Positions 45,304-57,535 of a stretch of DNA of 64,000 nt are shown here, piece by piece. The position numbers and the translations under genes are program-made. The stretch is from Candidatus Omnitrophota bacterium (GTDB lineage: Bacteria; Omnitrophota; Gorgyraeia; Tantalellales; Tantalellaceae), in the NCBI GenBank assembly GCA_049642065.1, contig JBAROK010000099.1, positions 6,744-70,743 on the forward strand. The letters run 5' to 3'. Under the pieces are notes generated by a model that saw nothing but the letters and a program-made list of their open reading frames with translations, had not been told where the DNA came from and ran no database searches. Numbering within the stretch: the stretch's first letter is position 1; every line of letters begins with the position of its first letter.

Positions 45304-45735
45304 TTAAATGGTTACATCCGATCCGTGACGTTCTTCGGTCTTGTTGATCTTATCAAGGATACCGTTAACGAACTTGCCCGAATCTTTGTCCCCATATTTT
45401 TTCGCGATATCAATCGCTTCGTTGATAGCGACCTTCGGGGGAATATCCTCCGCGTAAAGCAGTTCAAAACATGCCATCCTGAGAACGTTCCTGTCAACTG
45501 TAGCCATGCGCTCCAGCTCCCAGTTAGCCGCATACTTCGTAATAGCTTCGTCCACTTCTTCCCTGTGAGAACTGACGCCAGCGACGATGCGTTCTGCGAA
45601 CTCCCGCACCTCATCGTCTTCCTGGTCGTTATCATCCCAGAACCTTCGCGAACATTCCTCTAAGCTTTCCTTGCTGACATCGCTGGAGTAAAGGATCTTT
45701 AGCGCTATTTCACGCGCCAGAGTACGTTTTCTCAT
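45304..45735 (-). CDS. nusB: Transcription antitermination factor NusB
   Basis: MRKRTLAREIALKILYS...DRNVLRMACFELLY matches NusB. Confidence 0.8.
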   Translation of the reverse strand: MRKRTLAREIALKILYSSDVSKESLEECSRRFWDDNDQEDDEVREFAERIVAGVSSHREEVDEAITKYAANWELERMATVDRNVLRMACFELLYAEDIPPKVAINEAIDIAKKYGDKDSGKFVNGILDKINKTEERHGSDVTI

Positions 45736-45755
45736 CCTTTGCCCTTCCTTTTTGT

Positions 45756-46226
45756 TTATAGCACTGAATACAAACTGCACATCTCAATAGCGGTTCTTGC
45801 AGCATCTCTTCCTTTGTTGCCGCTTTTGGTGCCGGCTCTATCAAGCGCCTGTTCAAGATTGTCGGTAGTTATTATACCGAATATACAAGGAACTTTGCTA
45901 TCCATAGCCACTTTAGCAACTCCTTTAGCTGCTTCGCTGGCGACGAAATCAAAATGCGGCGTTTCGCCTCTTATGATCGCCCCCAGACAAATGATAGCGT
46001 CATACTTGCCCGAATCCGCCATCTTGTGTGCAAGTACCGGCGTCTCGAATGAGCCAGGCACCCAGACTACAGAAACATCATCGTCTTTTATCCCGTGCTT
46101 GATAAGGGTATCAATAGCACCTTCCAGCAGTTTGGACGAGACGAACTCGTTGAAACGGGATACCACTATCCCAATCTTCTTATCCGTAGCTATCATGTTA
46201 CCTGTGATCACTTTTGCTCCTGCCAT
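45756..46226 (-). CDS. ribH: 6,7-dimethyl-8-ribityllumazine synthase
   Basis: [29 protein letters not shown]...VWVPGSFE matches lumazine synthase. Confidence 0.9.
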   Translation of the reverse strand: MAGAKVITGNMIATDKKIGIVVSRFNEFVSSKLLEGAIDTLIKHGIKDDDVSVVWVPGSFETPVLAHKMADSGKYDAIICLGAIIRGETPHFDFVASEAAKGVAKVAMDSKVPCIFGIITTDNLEQALDRAGTKSGNKGRDAARTAIEMCSLYSVL

Positions 46227-46243
46227 ATTCTCCTCCTTATTTT

Positions 46244-47446
46244 CTATACATATTTTAATTTGTGTCCCATTCGTTTCTTTTTCGTTGCCAGATATTTCTT
46301 GTTTTTCTCTCCCGGTTTTGTTTCCAGAGGGGCTCTACCCACAACCTGAAGCCCATACCCCTTAAGCCCTATTATCTTCCTGGGATTATTTGTCATGAGC
46401 CTTATTTTCTTTAGACCAAGATCCGCCAGTATCTGAGCTCCTATACCATAATCTCTGAGATCCGCCTTGAACCCGAGTTTCTCGTTGGCTTCAACAGTGT
46501 CATATCCTTCATCCTGAAGCTGATACGCTTTCAGTTTGTTCAGAATACCTATACCGCGCCCTTCCTGAGCCAGATACAACAACACCCCTTTACCTTCTTC
46601 GGATATCCTTTTAAGCGCCTTATCCAACTGGTCCCCGCAGTCACAGCGCAGGGAATGAAACACATCACCCGTAAGACACTGCGAATGCACCCTGACCAAC
46701 GTTTCGCCTTTAGTTATATCTCCCCTGACCAAAGCGAGATGCTGAAAATCATCTATCATAGACCTGAACGCGTACAGTTTGAACTCCCCAAAGGGTGTCG
46801 GCAGATACGTCTCCGCCACTTTCTCGATAAGGCGATCTTTTTCCATACGATACTTTATAAGGTCCTCTATGGAACATATCTTGAGTGAATGTTTTTTCGC
46901 GAATTTTAACAGATCCGGCATCCTTGCCATAGTACCGTCTTCGTTCATAATCTCGCATATGACCCCTACCGGCCTGCAGCCTGCCAGTTTCATCAGATCC
47001 ACACTAGCTTCGGTATGACCTGCGCGCACAAGTACACCGCCTTTCTTGGACCGCAACGGAAAAACGTGGCCAGGTCTTGCGAATTGTTTCTCTTTAGACT
47101 CCGGATTGGCTAGCAGCTTTATGGTCTTTGCCCTATCGTGAGCAGAAATACCCGTAGTTACACCGTCTTTAGCATCGACCGATACGGCCCACGCTGTCTT
47201 ATAGGGATCCTGCGGGGCATCAGACATAAGATGAAGCCCCAACCCTTCAGCTATATCGTCCTCCATAGGAACACAGATAAGCCCCCTACCGTACTTAGCC
47301 ATAAAATTGACCTTCTCGGCGGTAATACGTTCGGCCGATACGATAAGGTCCCCCTCATTCTCTCTTGACTCGTCATCAACCACTATGACCATACGGCCAG
47401 CTTTTATATCTTTGATCACTGATCCCACTTTATTCAGTTTCATTTT
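46244..47446 (-). CDS. ribBA: Bifunctional 3,4-dihydroxy-2-butanone-4-phosphate synthase / GTP cyclohydrolase II
   Basis: The DHBP synthase region is [12 protein letters not shown]...GHTEASVDL. The GTP cyclohydrolase II region is [19 protein letters not shown]. The start is taken at MKLNKVG, which has an AAGAGGA ribosome-binding site; the ORF-track extension to 47530 runs through the riboswitch terminator. Confidence 0.9.
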   Translation of the reverse strand, partial: KMKLNKVGSVIKDIKAGRMVIVVDDESRENEGDLIVSAERITAEKVNFMAKYGRGLICVPMEDDIAEGLGLHLMSDAPQDPYKTAWAVSVDAKDGVTTGISAHDRAKTIKLLANPESKEKQFARPGHVFPLRSKKGGVLVRAGHTEASVDLMKLAGCRPVGVICEIMNEDGTMARMPDLLKFAKKHSLKICSIEDLIKYRMEKDRLIEKVAETYLPTPFGEFKLYAFRSMIDDFQHLALVRGDITKGETLVRVHSQCLTGDVFHSLRCDCGDQLDKALKRISEEGKGVLLYLAQEGRGIGILNKLKAYQLQDEGYDTVEANEKLGFKADLRDYGIGAQILADLGLKKIRLMTNNPRKIIGLKGYGLQVVGRAPLETKPGEKNKKYLATKKKRMGHKLKYV

Positions 47447-47460
47447 CCGTCCTCTTGTGT

Positions 47461-47499
47461 AAAAAAAATAGACCCTGAAGCACATAACTTCAGGGTCTA
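47461..47499 (-). terminator. Intrinsic terminator forming the expression platform of the FMN riboswitch
   Basis: The 12-bp stem TAGACCCTGAAG / CTTCAGGGTCTA with a 7-nt loop is followed on the minus strand by U8 (plus-strand A8 at 47461-47468). It lies between the aptamer and the ribBA ribosome-binding site. Confidence 0.7.
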
Positions 47500-47520
47500 T
47501 AAAAATACTTTGTGAAAGCA

Positions 47521-47655
47521 CTTCTCCCATCCCGGCTTTACGGTCGGCACCCGAATCTCACGGGTTCAGATCTCGTTTGGAGATCTCGCGGACTTTCCCC
47601 CCTTAAGAGGATCACCGCCGGCTAAGGAATTGCACCTTACCCTGAAGCATTAACG
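47521..47655 (-). ncRNA. FMN riboswitch (RFN element) aptamer
   Basis: On the minus strand the sequence is TTCAGGGTAAGGTGCAATTCCTTAGCCGGCGGTGATCCTCTTAAGG...AGTCCGCGAGATCTCC...GATCTGAACCCGTGAGATTCGGGTGCCGACCGTAAAGCCGGGATGGGAGAAG. This reproduces the conserved RFN blocks AGGTGAAATTCC-like, CCGGCGGT, AGTCCGCGAG, CCGACNGTAAAGCCGGGATGGGAGA. Confidence 0.75.
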
Positions 47656-47692
47656 ATTTTAACACAACTGCTATATAAGTCAAGCATTTATA

Positions 47693-47727
47693 AAAAAAGA
47701 GCAGGCCCAAAGACCTGCTCTTTTTTT
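47693..47727 (-). terminator. Bidirectional intrinsic terminator after groEL
   Basis: AAAAAAAGAGCAGGcccaaagaCCTGCTCTTTTTTT is a 7-bp stem flanked by an A-run and a T-run. It lies 18 nt beyond the groEL stop. Confidence 0.7.
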
Positions 47728-47745
47728 ACATCTTTACAGATGATA

Positions 47746-49425
<1,680 letters not shown>

Positions 49426-49437
49426 CTAAAGATTTGA

Positions 49438-49725
49438 TTATTTGACTATGCCAAGGATATCCTCTTCCTTGAGCATGAGCAGGTTCTTATCATCTATCTT
49501 AAGTTCCGTGCCGGAATATTTACCGTACAGAATAACGTCGCCTTCTTTCACCTTCAAAGCGACCTCTTTACCATCGGTAGTGATCCTTCCCGTACCCACG
49601 GAAACGACCTTACCCTGCTGCGGCTTTTCTTTAGCCGTATCGGGCAGAACTATACCGCTCTTTGTTGTTTCTTCAGCTTCCAGTACCTCGACAAGAACTC
49701 TGTCGTAAAGTGGTGTTACCTTCAT
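49438..49725 (-). CDS. groES: Co-chaperonin GroES
   Basis: [14 protein letters not shown]...[18 protein letters not shown] matches GroES. The start is taken at the second ATG (49725), which has a perfect AAGGAG ribosome-binding site. Confidence 0.9.
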   Translation of the reverse strand: MKVTPLYDRVLVEVLEAEETTKSGIVLPDTAKEKPQQGKVVSVGTGRITTDGKEVALKVKEGDVILYGKYSGTELKIDDKNLLMLKEEDILGIVK

Positions 49726-49779
49726 AATCTTCTCCTTCATCTTTCTGGGTTTACCTACAAATACCTGATTTTTACCTTT

Positions 49780-49806
49780 TTAGCACTCTTTAGACAGGAG
49801 TGCTAA
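49780..49806 (-). promoter_or_regulatory. CIRCE operator (HrcA binding site) upstream of groES
   Basis: TTAGCACTC-tttagacag-GAGTGCTAA is a perfect 9-bp inverted repeat with a 9-nt spacer. It lies about 55 nt upstream of the groES start. Confidence 0.8.
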
Positions 49807-49897
49807 TGGATTAACCATTCTATCGCAAATTAGCGTCTTGTCAAGAAAATTTTTCTAAATTTGCGGAAAATAGCTAAAACCCGTGTTTATGGGGGGT

Positions 49898-50638
49898 TCA
49901 GCGCGTGAGGATGGATAGGCCCGAAATAATAAGGTCTGGGGAGACCTTATTTATATGGCGTGAGTACCTTGAAACCAGCTCGGCATCGCCTCCGGTAGCT
50001 ACGATCTTGAGGCCTCTGCCGTATTTTTCCCTGAAACGACCAATAAGGCCGTCACACATCGATGCATACCCATACAGGATACCGTTATTCATGCTGCTTA
50101 CCGTATCCCGGCCTATAAGACTCTTTGTAGGTTTCAAGTCAATCTTTGGCAGCAACGCCGCTTCCTTGGATAATGATCCCATGGCCAGGCGTAATCCGGG
50201 AAAGATCAAGCCGCCTTCGTAATCACCTTTTGCATTAACATAGTCCATGGTAACAGCTGTCCCGAAATCGATTGCAAGAACCGGTTTGCCGACCAAGTGA
50301 GCCGCCGCGTAAGCCGTGACAAGCCTGTCCTGCCCGACTTCTTTTGGTTTCTTGTATCTTATTTTCATCGGTACTTTTATATCCTTACCGACTACCCTTA
50401 CAATCACCTTGGGAAAAACTGACTCAAGGCTTTTCTTTACTACCCGTAAAAACTTGGGCACAACGCTTACTATCACTATATCATCGATCTTCTTCCGGGA
50501 ACTGCCCAGAAGACGTTTTAAAGAAGCCGGCTGCAGCTCTTTCTTGCCGGTATGTATAAAATACCGTTTACGGATACTCTTCTCCTCCGTTACGGCAATA
50601 TAACAATTAGTGTTTCCTATATCTATTAACAGCTTCAT
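49898..50638 (-). CDS. coaX: Type III pantothenate kinase
   Basis: MKLLIDIGNTNCYIAV and the ASKHA-fold motifs (IDFGTAVT, IVATGGDA) are present. Confidence 0.8.
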   Translation of the reverse strand: MKLLIDIGNTNCYIAVTEEKSIRKRYFIHTGKKELQPASLKRLLGSSRKKIDDIVIVSVVPKFLRVVKKSLESVFPKVIVRVVGKDIKVPMKIRYKKPKEVGQDRLVTAYAAAHLVGKPVLAIDFGTAVTMDYVNAKGDYEGGLIFPGLRLAMGSLSKEAALLPKIDLKPTKSLIGRDTVSSMNNGILYGYASMCDGLIGRFREKYGRGLKIVATGGDAELVSRYSRHINKVSPDLIISGLSILTR

Positions 50639-50640
50639 GA

Positions 50641-51618
50641 TTATCTGGAGATCACTACATCTCCGCTAAAAATCCTTTTCTTCTGGCCGCTATCGGTCTT
50701 GATGATAAGGGCACCCTTCTCGTCAATGTCTATAGCCATCCCTTTTGTCGACCGATGATGTTCCATCACATTCACTTTCTTGCCTAGAGTCGCCGAACAA
50801 TCCATGCATTCTTTACGCAAAGCAGCAAACCCTTCTTTATTGAACTTTAAATAGTCACTTTCGAATTCCGTCAGCACGCTTCGTGTTAGTTCTAGGCGGT
50901 CCATGCTGCGCCCGCACTCTATTTTTACACTTGTACCTTCCGGCGGCAACTTGCTTGCCGGCGTATTGACGTTTATGCCTATACCGAGCACCAGAAACTC
51001 TACCTGATCCGGTTGCGCCTTTATTTCAGTTAATATACCACATAATTTCTTGTCGTTCACGAGCACATCGTTCGGCCACTTCATCTTAGCGTCAAGACCA
51101 CAGGATTTTTTTAGCGCCGAGATTATCCCCGCGGCCGCTATCAAAGTGATCGTAGGTATCTCATCTGTCTCTACATCAGGGCGAACGATAAGTGACATGT
51201 AAATACCGGTTCCCTTTGGTGAGACCCATTTGCGGCCTATCCTGCCTTTACCATGAGTCTGGCTCTCCGCAATAACTACGGTACCTTCGGGTTCGCCCGC
51301 TTCGGCCAGTTCGTATGCCCTGTTATTCGTGGAACTGATACTATCGTAATAATAAACGGCCTTTTTGCCGAATTTCCTAGCCTTAAGCCCGCAGGAAATA
51401 TCGTAACCATACATCTTGTCCGGCGCAGACACCAGTTTATACCCCAAGTGAGGCACAGCTTCTATAAGATAACCTTCATCTCTCAACTTCTTTATATATT
51501 TCCAGACGCTGGCTCGCGAAAACCCGAGCGTATCGGAAATATCTTCACCGGAAATGAACTTCTCCCGGTTCTTTCGGAAAAACCCTATAATTTCTTTTTT
51601 TACTTCATATTCTTTCAT
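50641..51618 (-). CDS. birA: Bifunctional biotin--[acetyl-CoA-carboxylase] ligase / biotin operon repressor
   Basis: The N-terminal HTH is ISGEDISDTLGFSRASVWKYIKKLRDEGYLIE. The ligase core GKGRIGRKWVSPKG and a C-terminal SH3-like domain are present. Confidence 0.8.
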   Translation of the reverse strand: MKEYEVKKEIIGFFRKNREKFISGEDISDTLGFSRASVWKYIKKLRDEGYLIEAVPHLGYKLVSAPDKMYGYDISCGLKARKFGKKAVYYYDSISSTNNRAYELAEAGEPEGTVVIAESQTHGKGRIGRKWVSPKGTGIYMSLIVRPDVETDEIPTITLIAAAGIISALKKSCGLDAKMKWPNDVLVNDKKLCGILTEIKAQPDQVEFLVLGIGINVNTPASKLPPEGTSVKIECGRSMDRLELTRSVLTEFESDYLKFNKEGFAALRKECMDCSATLGKKVNVMEHHRSTKGMAIDIDEKGALIIKTDSGQKKRIFSGDVVISR

Positions 51619-54600
51619 GCTTTGGCACCTTCTTCTTCAATCTGTTCCATTTTCTTTCTTGCCGCCTGGGAACGAGAAAGCTCAAACCTATCCAGGAACT
51701 CTTCCTGGAATTTTTGCATATAAAGAAATATCCCGGGAGTCACAAAAAGTGTTATAACCTGAGCAAAAGCCAACCCTCCAACAATTATAAGTCCTAGCGG
51801 CCGCCGTGAAGAACCATCCGCTCCAAAACCAAGAGCTATGGGCATAGCTCCCATTATGGTCGAAGCCCCTGTCATAAGTATAGGCCTGAACCTTTCCTTG
51901 CAGGCTCCAAAGATCGCATCAAAGTTACTGGCACCCTCTTCCAGTTTCTGCTGAGCAAAATCGACCATTAGGATTCCGTTCTTTGAAACTATACCCAATA
52001 GCATGAACATCCCTATATATGCGTAAAGTGAAAGTTCTGACCTAAAGAACAGCAAAGTCGCAAGACCGCCACAAGCCGCTACGGGTAGTGTCGTCAAGAC
52101 CGTGAATGGATGTATATAGCTCTCGTATAATATACCTAAAATGACGTACATCAAAAATACTGAGATCAATAGAAGCACCGCCATGCTGGCTACGGCCTGC
52201 TCGAATTCCTGCGCCTCACCTTGAAAAACACCGGTTACACCCTCAGGAATAAGTGTGCTGGTAACTTGCCCTAGTTCTTTTGTAGCGTTCCCAAGAGGCA
52301 CACCCGGTTTCAAACTGAAGGAGATAGTAGCCGAATTGAGCTGGTCTGAATGCGGCACGTTCTGCGGTCCTACAGTTTCTTCCCATTCCGCTACGGCCCC
52401 AAGAGGCACAAGATCATCAGTAACATTTGATCGAATGTATATAGTGGAAAGGTCCTTAGGGTCTTTCTGGTACTCTTTATCAAGTTCAAGTATAACGTAA
52501 TACTGGTCGACGTCTGTCTTGTATGTTGTTATCTTTCCCCCGGCGTATGCTAAAAGCAATGCTCGTTCTATATCCGCTGCGGTTAACCCAAAAGTAGAAG
52601 CCCTGTCTCTAAGTATCTTGACGCTAAGCTGAGGCATGTTCAGTTTGACGCTGTTCTGTATCCCTATAAACCCGGGCAAACTCTCCATCGCCTGTTCGAG
52701 ATTAAGCGCAGTTTCATAAACCTTATCCTGATCCTGTCCCCTAAGAATATACGAATATTTACTTCCGGTAGCAGTGCTTTCACCACCAGTGCTTAATTGA
52801 AGCGCGGGTATTGGCTGCAGAAACACAAATCCAGTCGGGATAAAAGCCATCCGGTAACTCAACCCTTGCACGATCTGCTGTATAACAGGCCGGTGTGAAT
52901 CTCTCAGTATGGCTATTACAATACCCGAACTTTGGTCGGCACCGGTATTCTCCCCCGTTATAGTAAGTATTTTCTGGACATAAGGATTAGCCCGGAGCAT
53001 TTTGTTGACCTGGTCCTGAAACTGTCTCATCTGTCTCGTGGAAGTTCCCTGCTTCATAAGCAGCCCCCCGCGAATAGCCCCGGAATCTCCTTCCGGCATG
53101 AAAGCTTTGGGAAGTATTGTAAACAGCCACATCGTACCCGCCAGACACAAAGCCCATATGATAATGGACCAGTATTTGCGTGTTAAAACGAATTTAAGAG
53201 CAACAAGATACTTGCTCTTTATAGCGCTTTCGAACCTGTCAGCGAACACCTGCATCCGGGTCTTAGCCCCACCAAGGTTTTTCAGCATGCGAGAACACAT
53301 CATTGGAGTCAAAGTAAGTGCCATGATAGTAGAACAGATAATGGCTATCACAACCGTAAGAGCAAACTCCATAAAATTCTTTCCCACTACCCCGCCCATG
53401 AAAACAAGCGGCATGAACACGATTATAAGCGCCACGCTAGTGGATATAACCGCGCCCGTGATCTCTTGCATACTCGTAATAGCCGCGTCAAGAGGACGTT
53501 GGCCCTTTTCGATATGGCGTGTGGTATTTTCAAGAACAACTATCGCGTCGTCCACCAGAAACCCTACAGATAATGTCAATGCCATAAGCGACAGGTTATC
53601 AAGACTGAACCCAACGACCAGCATAACTGCGAACGTTGCGAATATCGCCAAAGGAAGCACTGTGCTTGGTATTATGGTATCGTTTAATCTGCCAAGAAAA
53701 AGAAATATGACCATAACAACAAGGATAAGGGCGATGACTATCGTAGTCTTCACATCGTCTATGGATGCTATGATCTGGACCGCTTTGTCGTAACATATAT
53801 CCAGCTTTACCGATCCGGGTATCTCGCCCTTGATCTCAGCCAATGTATCTCTTACGCTCTGGGATAAAGCCACAGTATTCGCACCAGCAGAACGGGAAAC
53901 AGCAACACAGACTGCTCCTGATTCTATAGGGTCATCCTTATTCGCCGAATACATAACACGGGTCTTATCGTTCTGCTGAGAATCAACGCTTTTGCCGACA
54001 TCTTTTATCCTTACGGGAGCATTATCCACATATTTAATTATAAGCTCGTCGTATTCTTTTGCTTTAAAAAGCTGGCCATCCGGCTGAATAGAAAACGTAC
54101 GGTCATAACCGTCAAGGCTTCCACCTGGAATCAGGACCGTACCGGTCCTTAGCACATCAGCAACCTCATTAAGGCCTATTCCATAAGAAGAAAGTTTTTG
54201 TGGATTGACTTGCACCCGAACGGCCGTTTTTGCACCGTATATCTGTACCTGTGAAACACCGCTCAACATACTCATCCGTTTACCGATGGTCCTGTTACCG
54301 AAATCGTACATCTCTCCGGGTGTAAGGGTATCTGATGTAACCATAATATAAATGATCGGCGCTTCGGAGGGATTGGTCTTCTGGTAGGTTGGTGGCACTG
54401 GCAGGTCCGACGGAAGGTTCGCCTGAGCTCTCGTGATAGCTGACTGAACGTCGGGTGCCGCAAGATCCACGTTGCGATCCAGGTTAAAAGTAAGCGTGAT
54501 TACCGTTTGTCCATCAGTATTGTCCGAAATTATGGACTGCAGCCCCTGTATCTGCATACACTCGTTCTCAAGCGGAGCGGCTACAGAAGCTGCCATTGTA

Positions 54601-54773
54601 TCCGGGCTTGCCCCGGGATAACCCACGGTAATGGTCATGACCGGAAAATCCACCACGGGAAGATCACTTACGGGAAGCTTGAAATATGCCGCTATCCCGA
54701 ATATGAGCATCGCAACCATACAAAGAGTGGTCATTATCGGTTTGCGTATGAATTTTTCCGAAAAAGTCGCCAT
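51615..54773 (-). CDS. RND efflux transporter permease subunit (MdtB/MdtC-like, HAE1 type)
   Basis: The 1052-aa product has 12 TM helices and two large periplasmic loops. Its N-terminus LPVSDLPVVDFPVMTITVGYPGASPDTMAASVAAPLE resembles MdtC. Confidence 0.9.
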   Translation of the reverse strand: MATFSEKFIRKPIMTTLCMVAMLIFGIAAYFKLPVSDLPVVDFPVMTITVGYPGASPDTMAASVAAPLENECMQIQGLQSIISDNTDGQTVITLTFNLDRNVDLAAPDVQSAITRAQANLPSDLPVPPTYQKTNPSEAPIIYIMVTSDTLTPGEMYDFGNRTIGKRMSMLSGVSQVQIYGAKTAVRVQVNPQKLSSYGIGLNEVADVLRTGTVLIPGGSLDGYDRTFSIQPDGQLFKAKEYDELIIKYVDNAPVRIKDVGKSVDSQQNDKTRVMYSANKDDPIESGAVCVAVSRSAGANTVALSQSVRDTLAEIKGEIPGSVKLDICYDKAVQIIASIDDVKTTIVIALILVVMVIFLFLGRLNDTIIPSTVLPLAIFATFAVMLVVGFSLDNLSLMALTLSVGFLVDDAIVVLENTTRHIEKGQRPLDAAITSMQEITGAVISTSVALIIVFMPLVFMGGVVGKNFMEFALTVVIAIICSTIMALTLTPMMCSRMLKNLGGAKTRMQVFADRFESAIKSKYLVALKFVLTRKYWSIIIWALCLAGTMWLFTILPKAFMPEGDSGAIRGGLLMKQGTSTRQMRQFQDQVNKMLRANPYVQKILTITGENTGADQSSGIVIAILRDSHRPVIQQIVQGLSYRMAFIPTGFVFLQPIPALQLSTGGESTATGSKYSYILRGQDQDKVYETALNLEQAMESLPGFIGIQNSVKLNMPQLSVKILRDRASTFGLTAADIERALLLAYAGGKITTYKTDVDQYYVILELDKEYQKDPKDLSTIYIRSNVTDDLVPLGAVAEWEETVGPQNVPHSDQLNSATISFSLKPGVPLGNATKELGQVTSTLIPEGVTGVFQGEAQEFEQAVASMAVLLLISVFLMYVILGILYESYIHPFTVLTTLPVAACGGLATLLFFRSELSLYAYIGMFMLLGIVSKNGILMVDFAQQKLEEGASNFDAIFGACKERFRPILMTGASTIMGAMPIALGFGADGSSRRPLGLIIVGGLAFAQVITLFVTPGIFLYMQKFQEEFLDRFELSRSQAARKKMEQIEEEGAKA

Positions 54774-55946
54774 TTATTTCTTTTTCTCTTTCTTTTTCAT
54801 TTCCTCAGTGACATCGATTACCGGCATACCGGGACTCAACCCTAACTGTCCGACGGTCACAACCGTTTCTCCAGCTTTTACCCCTTCTTCGATGACTATC
54901 TCGTCATCATCCCTATCACCAATGGTAACCATTCTCAGATCAGCTTTTCTATTCTTCACCACAAAAATATAATAGCCCTTTTTCCCTATCTGAGCCGCTT
55001 CGTACGGCACGACCACAGCATTCTTTTTCATGCCTAGGATAAGCCGTACTTTCACGAACTGTCCCGGCCAAAGAGTCCTGTCCTCATTAATAACTATCGC
55101 CCTGAGAGCAAACGTACCCGTAGAATCATCAACTGTATTATCTATAAGTTTAAGCTGACCATATTTAGGATCATCTTCCTTCCCGGGAACGGATATCCTT
55201 ACCTTAAGCGTATCCTCTTGCATAGCTTTACGTACTCTTGAGAGATCACGTTCCGGAAGAGTGAAATCTAAAAACAGCCTGTCGATGGTCTTGACGTTAA
55301 CAAGTACTGGCCCCGTATTGGCAGATACTATATTGCCTTCATCCACCATCCGTTTGCCCGTAACACCATCTATAGGCGACCGTATATAACAATATTCAAG
55401 GTTCACTCTGGCAAATTCCAGGGCGGCACTATCCAGCTGAACATTAGCCTCTGCCGCGACAACATCTGTCTGGTATTGCTCGTAATCCTGCTGGGAAATA
55501 AGCTGTTTTTCGTAAAGAGAATGGTTCCTTTTAAGAGTGTCTTTTCTCAACTTAAGTTGAGCCACAGACTCCTCAAGATGACCCGCCTGTTCGTCAAATT
55601 GCGCTTTGTATTCCTGCGGATCGATCGTAAAAAGAAGGTGTCCGGCGGGAACTTCCTGCCCCTGCGTGAAATTAACTTCGAGTATCTTGCCGGTCACCTG
55701 TGCCTTAATATCCACGTTTTCTGGTGAAGATAAAGTTCCGAAAGAATCCACCTGTATCGGGACGTCTTTCTTAGATGCCACTCCTGTCTGTACCGGCCTT
55801 GGTTGTATGGGTTCCTTTATGTTCGCTATCTGGCAGCTGCGTATATGGAATGTTATCAGCATCGCTAAAAGAAGAACGCCTATAAGCTTAAGAACCTTTT
55901 TGTTCTCTTCCACATACTCAAGGATCCTTTTCTTATCAAGTTCCAT
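54774..55946 (-). CDS. Efflux RND periplasmic adaptor subunit (membrane-fusion protein, HlyD family)
   Basis: One N-terminal TM helix, a coiled-coil hairpin (QQDYEQYQTDVVAAEANVQLDSAALEFARVNLEYC) and beta-barrel / MP domains are present. Confidence 0.8.
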   Translation of the reverse strand: MELDKKRILEYVEENKKVLKLIGVLLLAMLITFHIRSCQIANIKEPIQPRPVQTGVASKKDVPIQVDSFGTLSSPENVDIKAQVTGKILEVNFTQGQEVPAGHLLFTIDPQEYKAQFDEQAGHLEESVAQLKLRKDTLKRNHSLYEKQLISQQDYEQYQTDVVAAEANVQLDSAALEFARVNLEYCYIRSPIDGVTGKRMVDEGNIVSANTGPVLVNVKTIDRLFLDFTLPERDLSRVRKAMQEDTLKVRISVPGKEDDPKYGQLKLIDNTVDDSTGTFALRAIVINEDRTLWPGQFVKVRLILGMKKNAVVVPYEAAQIGKKGYYIFVVKNRKADLRMVTIGDRDDDEIVIEEGVKAGETVVTVGQLGLSPGMPVIDVTEEMKKKEKKK

Positions 55947-55967
55947 ATTTAATCCTTTCCTCGCTTT

Positions 55968-57434
55968 TTAAAGATTCTTTTCTGGTTCGATACCGGTCGT
56001 AGCTGCTTGCCCTCTTGCCCCTATTGTCCCGGTCGCATGTATAAGTTCCGCCAGCGACACAAACATATCGCGTTCGGATTCGATAAGATTGCTCCGCGCA
56101 CCCGAAAGACTGCGCTGCGCTTCAATAAGATCCAGTATATTCTTAAGCCCTGCTTTGTACCCTACCAGCGCAAGATCGTAGGATTCTACCGAACTGTCAT
56201 ATGATGCTTCGCTGAACTTGCGTTTCTTTACGGACGTCTTATAATTATAATATTTAGTCCATACATCAGCGCTTGCTTCGAGTTCTGTCTGCATCAGTTT
56301 TTCGCGCTCGGCATCCGCTTCCGCTTGTGCTTCACGCCTGATAGCCAGATTGTTAAACCCATCAAAAATATCCCATTCGACACTGAGGTATCCCGTATAT
56401 GCATTGTCAACTGTCGAGGCCTTATTGGCCCCGAAATAGTCGTTCCGGGTGCTCCCCATGGATCCACCGGCGTTCAGCGTAGGCCACAGATCGGAATTCG
56501 CGGATTTTACCGCCGCTTCTTTTGCCCTTAAGTTTGCCCTGCCCGCGGCAATATCGGGTCTTTGCTGCAATGCAGCATCAATAAGATCACTTACATTCTC
56601 TTGACTAATATTCTCAGGTAGTTTTGGGGGATTCACTATCTCAAAATCAGTATCGGCCGAAAACCCCAGCACTTTCGCTAGATTAGCTTTAGCGCTCTGA
56701 CGTAAAGCTTTTGCTTCTTCCAGTCCATAAAGCGCATTTTCATAATCCGATTTTGTCTGTAAAACATCAAGTTTTACACCCAACCCCGCAGTCAATCTTA
56801 CCTGAGCGGCTTCATAAGAACTCCGCGTATTTTCAACATCTGCTTCAGCTGCTTCTACATTAGATTTCGAGCTGTAATATGTGTAATAACCGGTAGCAGT
56901 ATCAAGGAAAAGATCCTGGATAGCCTGATTGAAAAGGAAATTGGCTTCAAGGGTACGCTGGGTAGCTTGTTCAATATCGGCGCTCCTTCCTCCGAAATCC
57001 AGGATAAGGTAAGTCGCTTTTAAGAATCCGCCAAAATCCCTGACGTTCTTCTTGTCCTCTTCTCTATTAGTAACGACCTTATCCTTAGTAAAATCTACTT
57101 TACCCGCGATCTGCGGATACGAAGTGCTTTGCGCCTGTTTTATCTTCGCCTCGGCTGCACGCGCTCTTTGCCAAGCTCCACGCGTATTGGGGTTATTCCG
57201 GAGAGCTATACCGACAAGCTCATATAATGTCAAAGGCTGCGTAATATCGCTACCTTTCTCCCGGATAGACTCCCAAATAACATCTTTGGACTTCGCACTC
57301 TTTTCCCATTCCGGAGTAACCCACATTTCATCAGGTTTGGGGGGAGCCTTGAGAGTACGGCACCCTGCGACGAGAAACATAACTGCGCTTAAAAATATAA
57401 GGGAAAAATATTTTGCGGATTTCACTCTTAGCAC
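55968..57434 (-). CDS. TolC-family outer-membrane efflux protein
   Basis: A lipoprotein-type signal (LVAGC) is followed by duplicated outer-membrane efflux protein repeats (LTLYELVGIALRNNP...; DLIDAALQQRPDIAAG). Confidence 0.8.
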   Translation of the reverse strand: MLRVKSAKYFSLIFLSAVMFLVAGCRTLKAPPKPDEMWVTPEWEKSAKSKDVIWESIREKGSDITQPLTLYELVGIALRNNPNTRGAWQRARAAEAKIKQAQSTSYPQIAGKVDFTKDKVVTNREEDKKNVRDFGGFLKATYLILDFGGRSADIEQATQRTLEANFLFNQAIQDLFLDTATGYYTYYSSKSNVEAAEADVENTRSSYEAAQVRLTAGLGVKLDVLQTKSDYENALYGLEEAKALRQSAKANLAKVLGFSADTDFEIVNPPKLPENISQENVSDLIDAALQQRPDIAAGRANLRAKEAAVKSANSDLWPTLNAGGSMGSTRNDYFGANKASTVDNAYTGYLSVEWDIFDGFNNLAIRREAQAEADAEREKLMQTELEASADVWTKYYNYKTSVKKRKFSEASYDSSVESYDLALVGYKAGLKNILDLIEAQRSLSGARSNLIESERDMFVSLAELIHATGTIGARGQAATTGIEPEKNL

Positions 57435-57535
57435 CTAAACATTATTAATATCAAACAAATAATTGTAGATGCTATTATAAGATATTTTTAGTTATATTGG
57501 AAGTTTTTTGCTTTGAGTCTACGTAGAAAGAGAAG

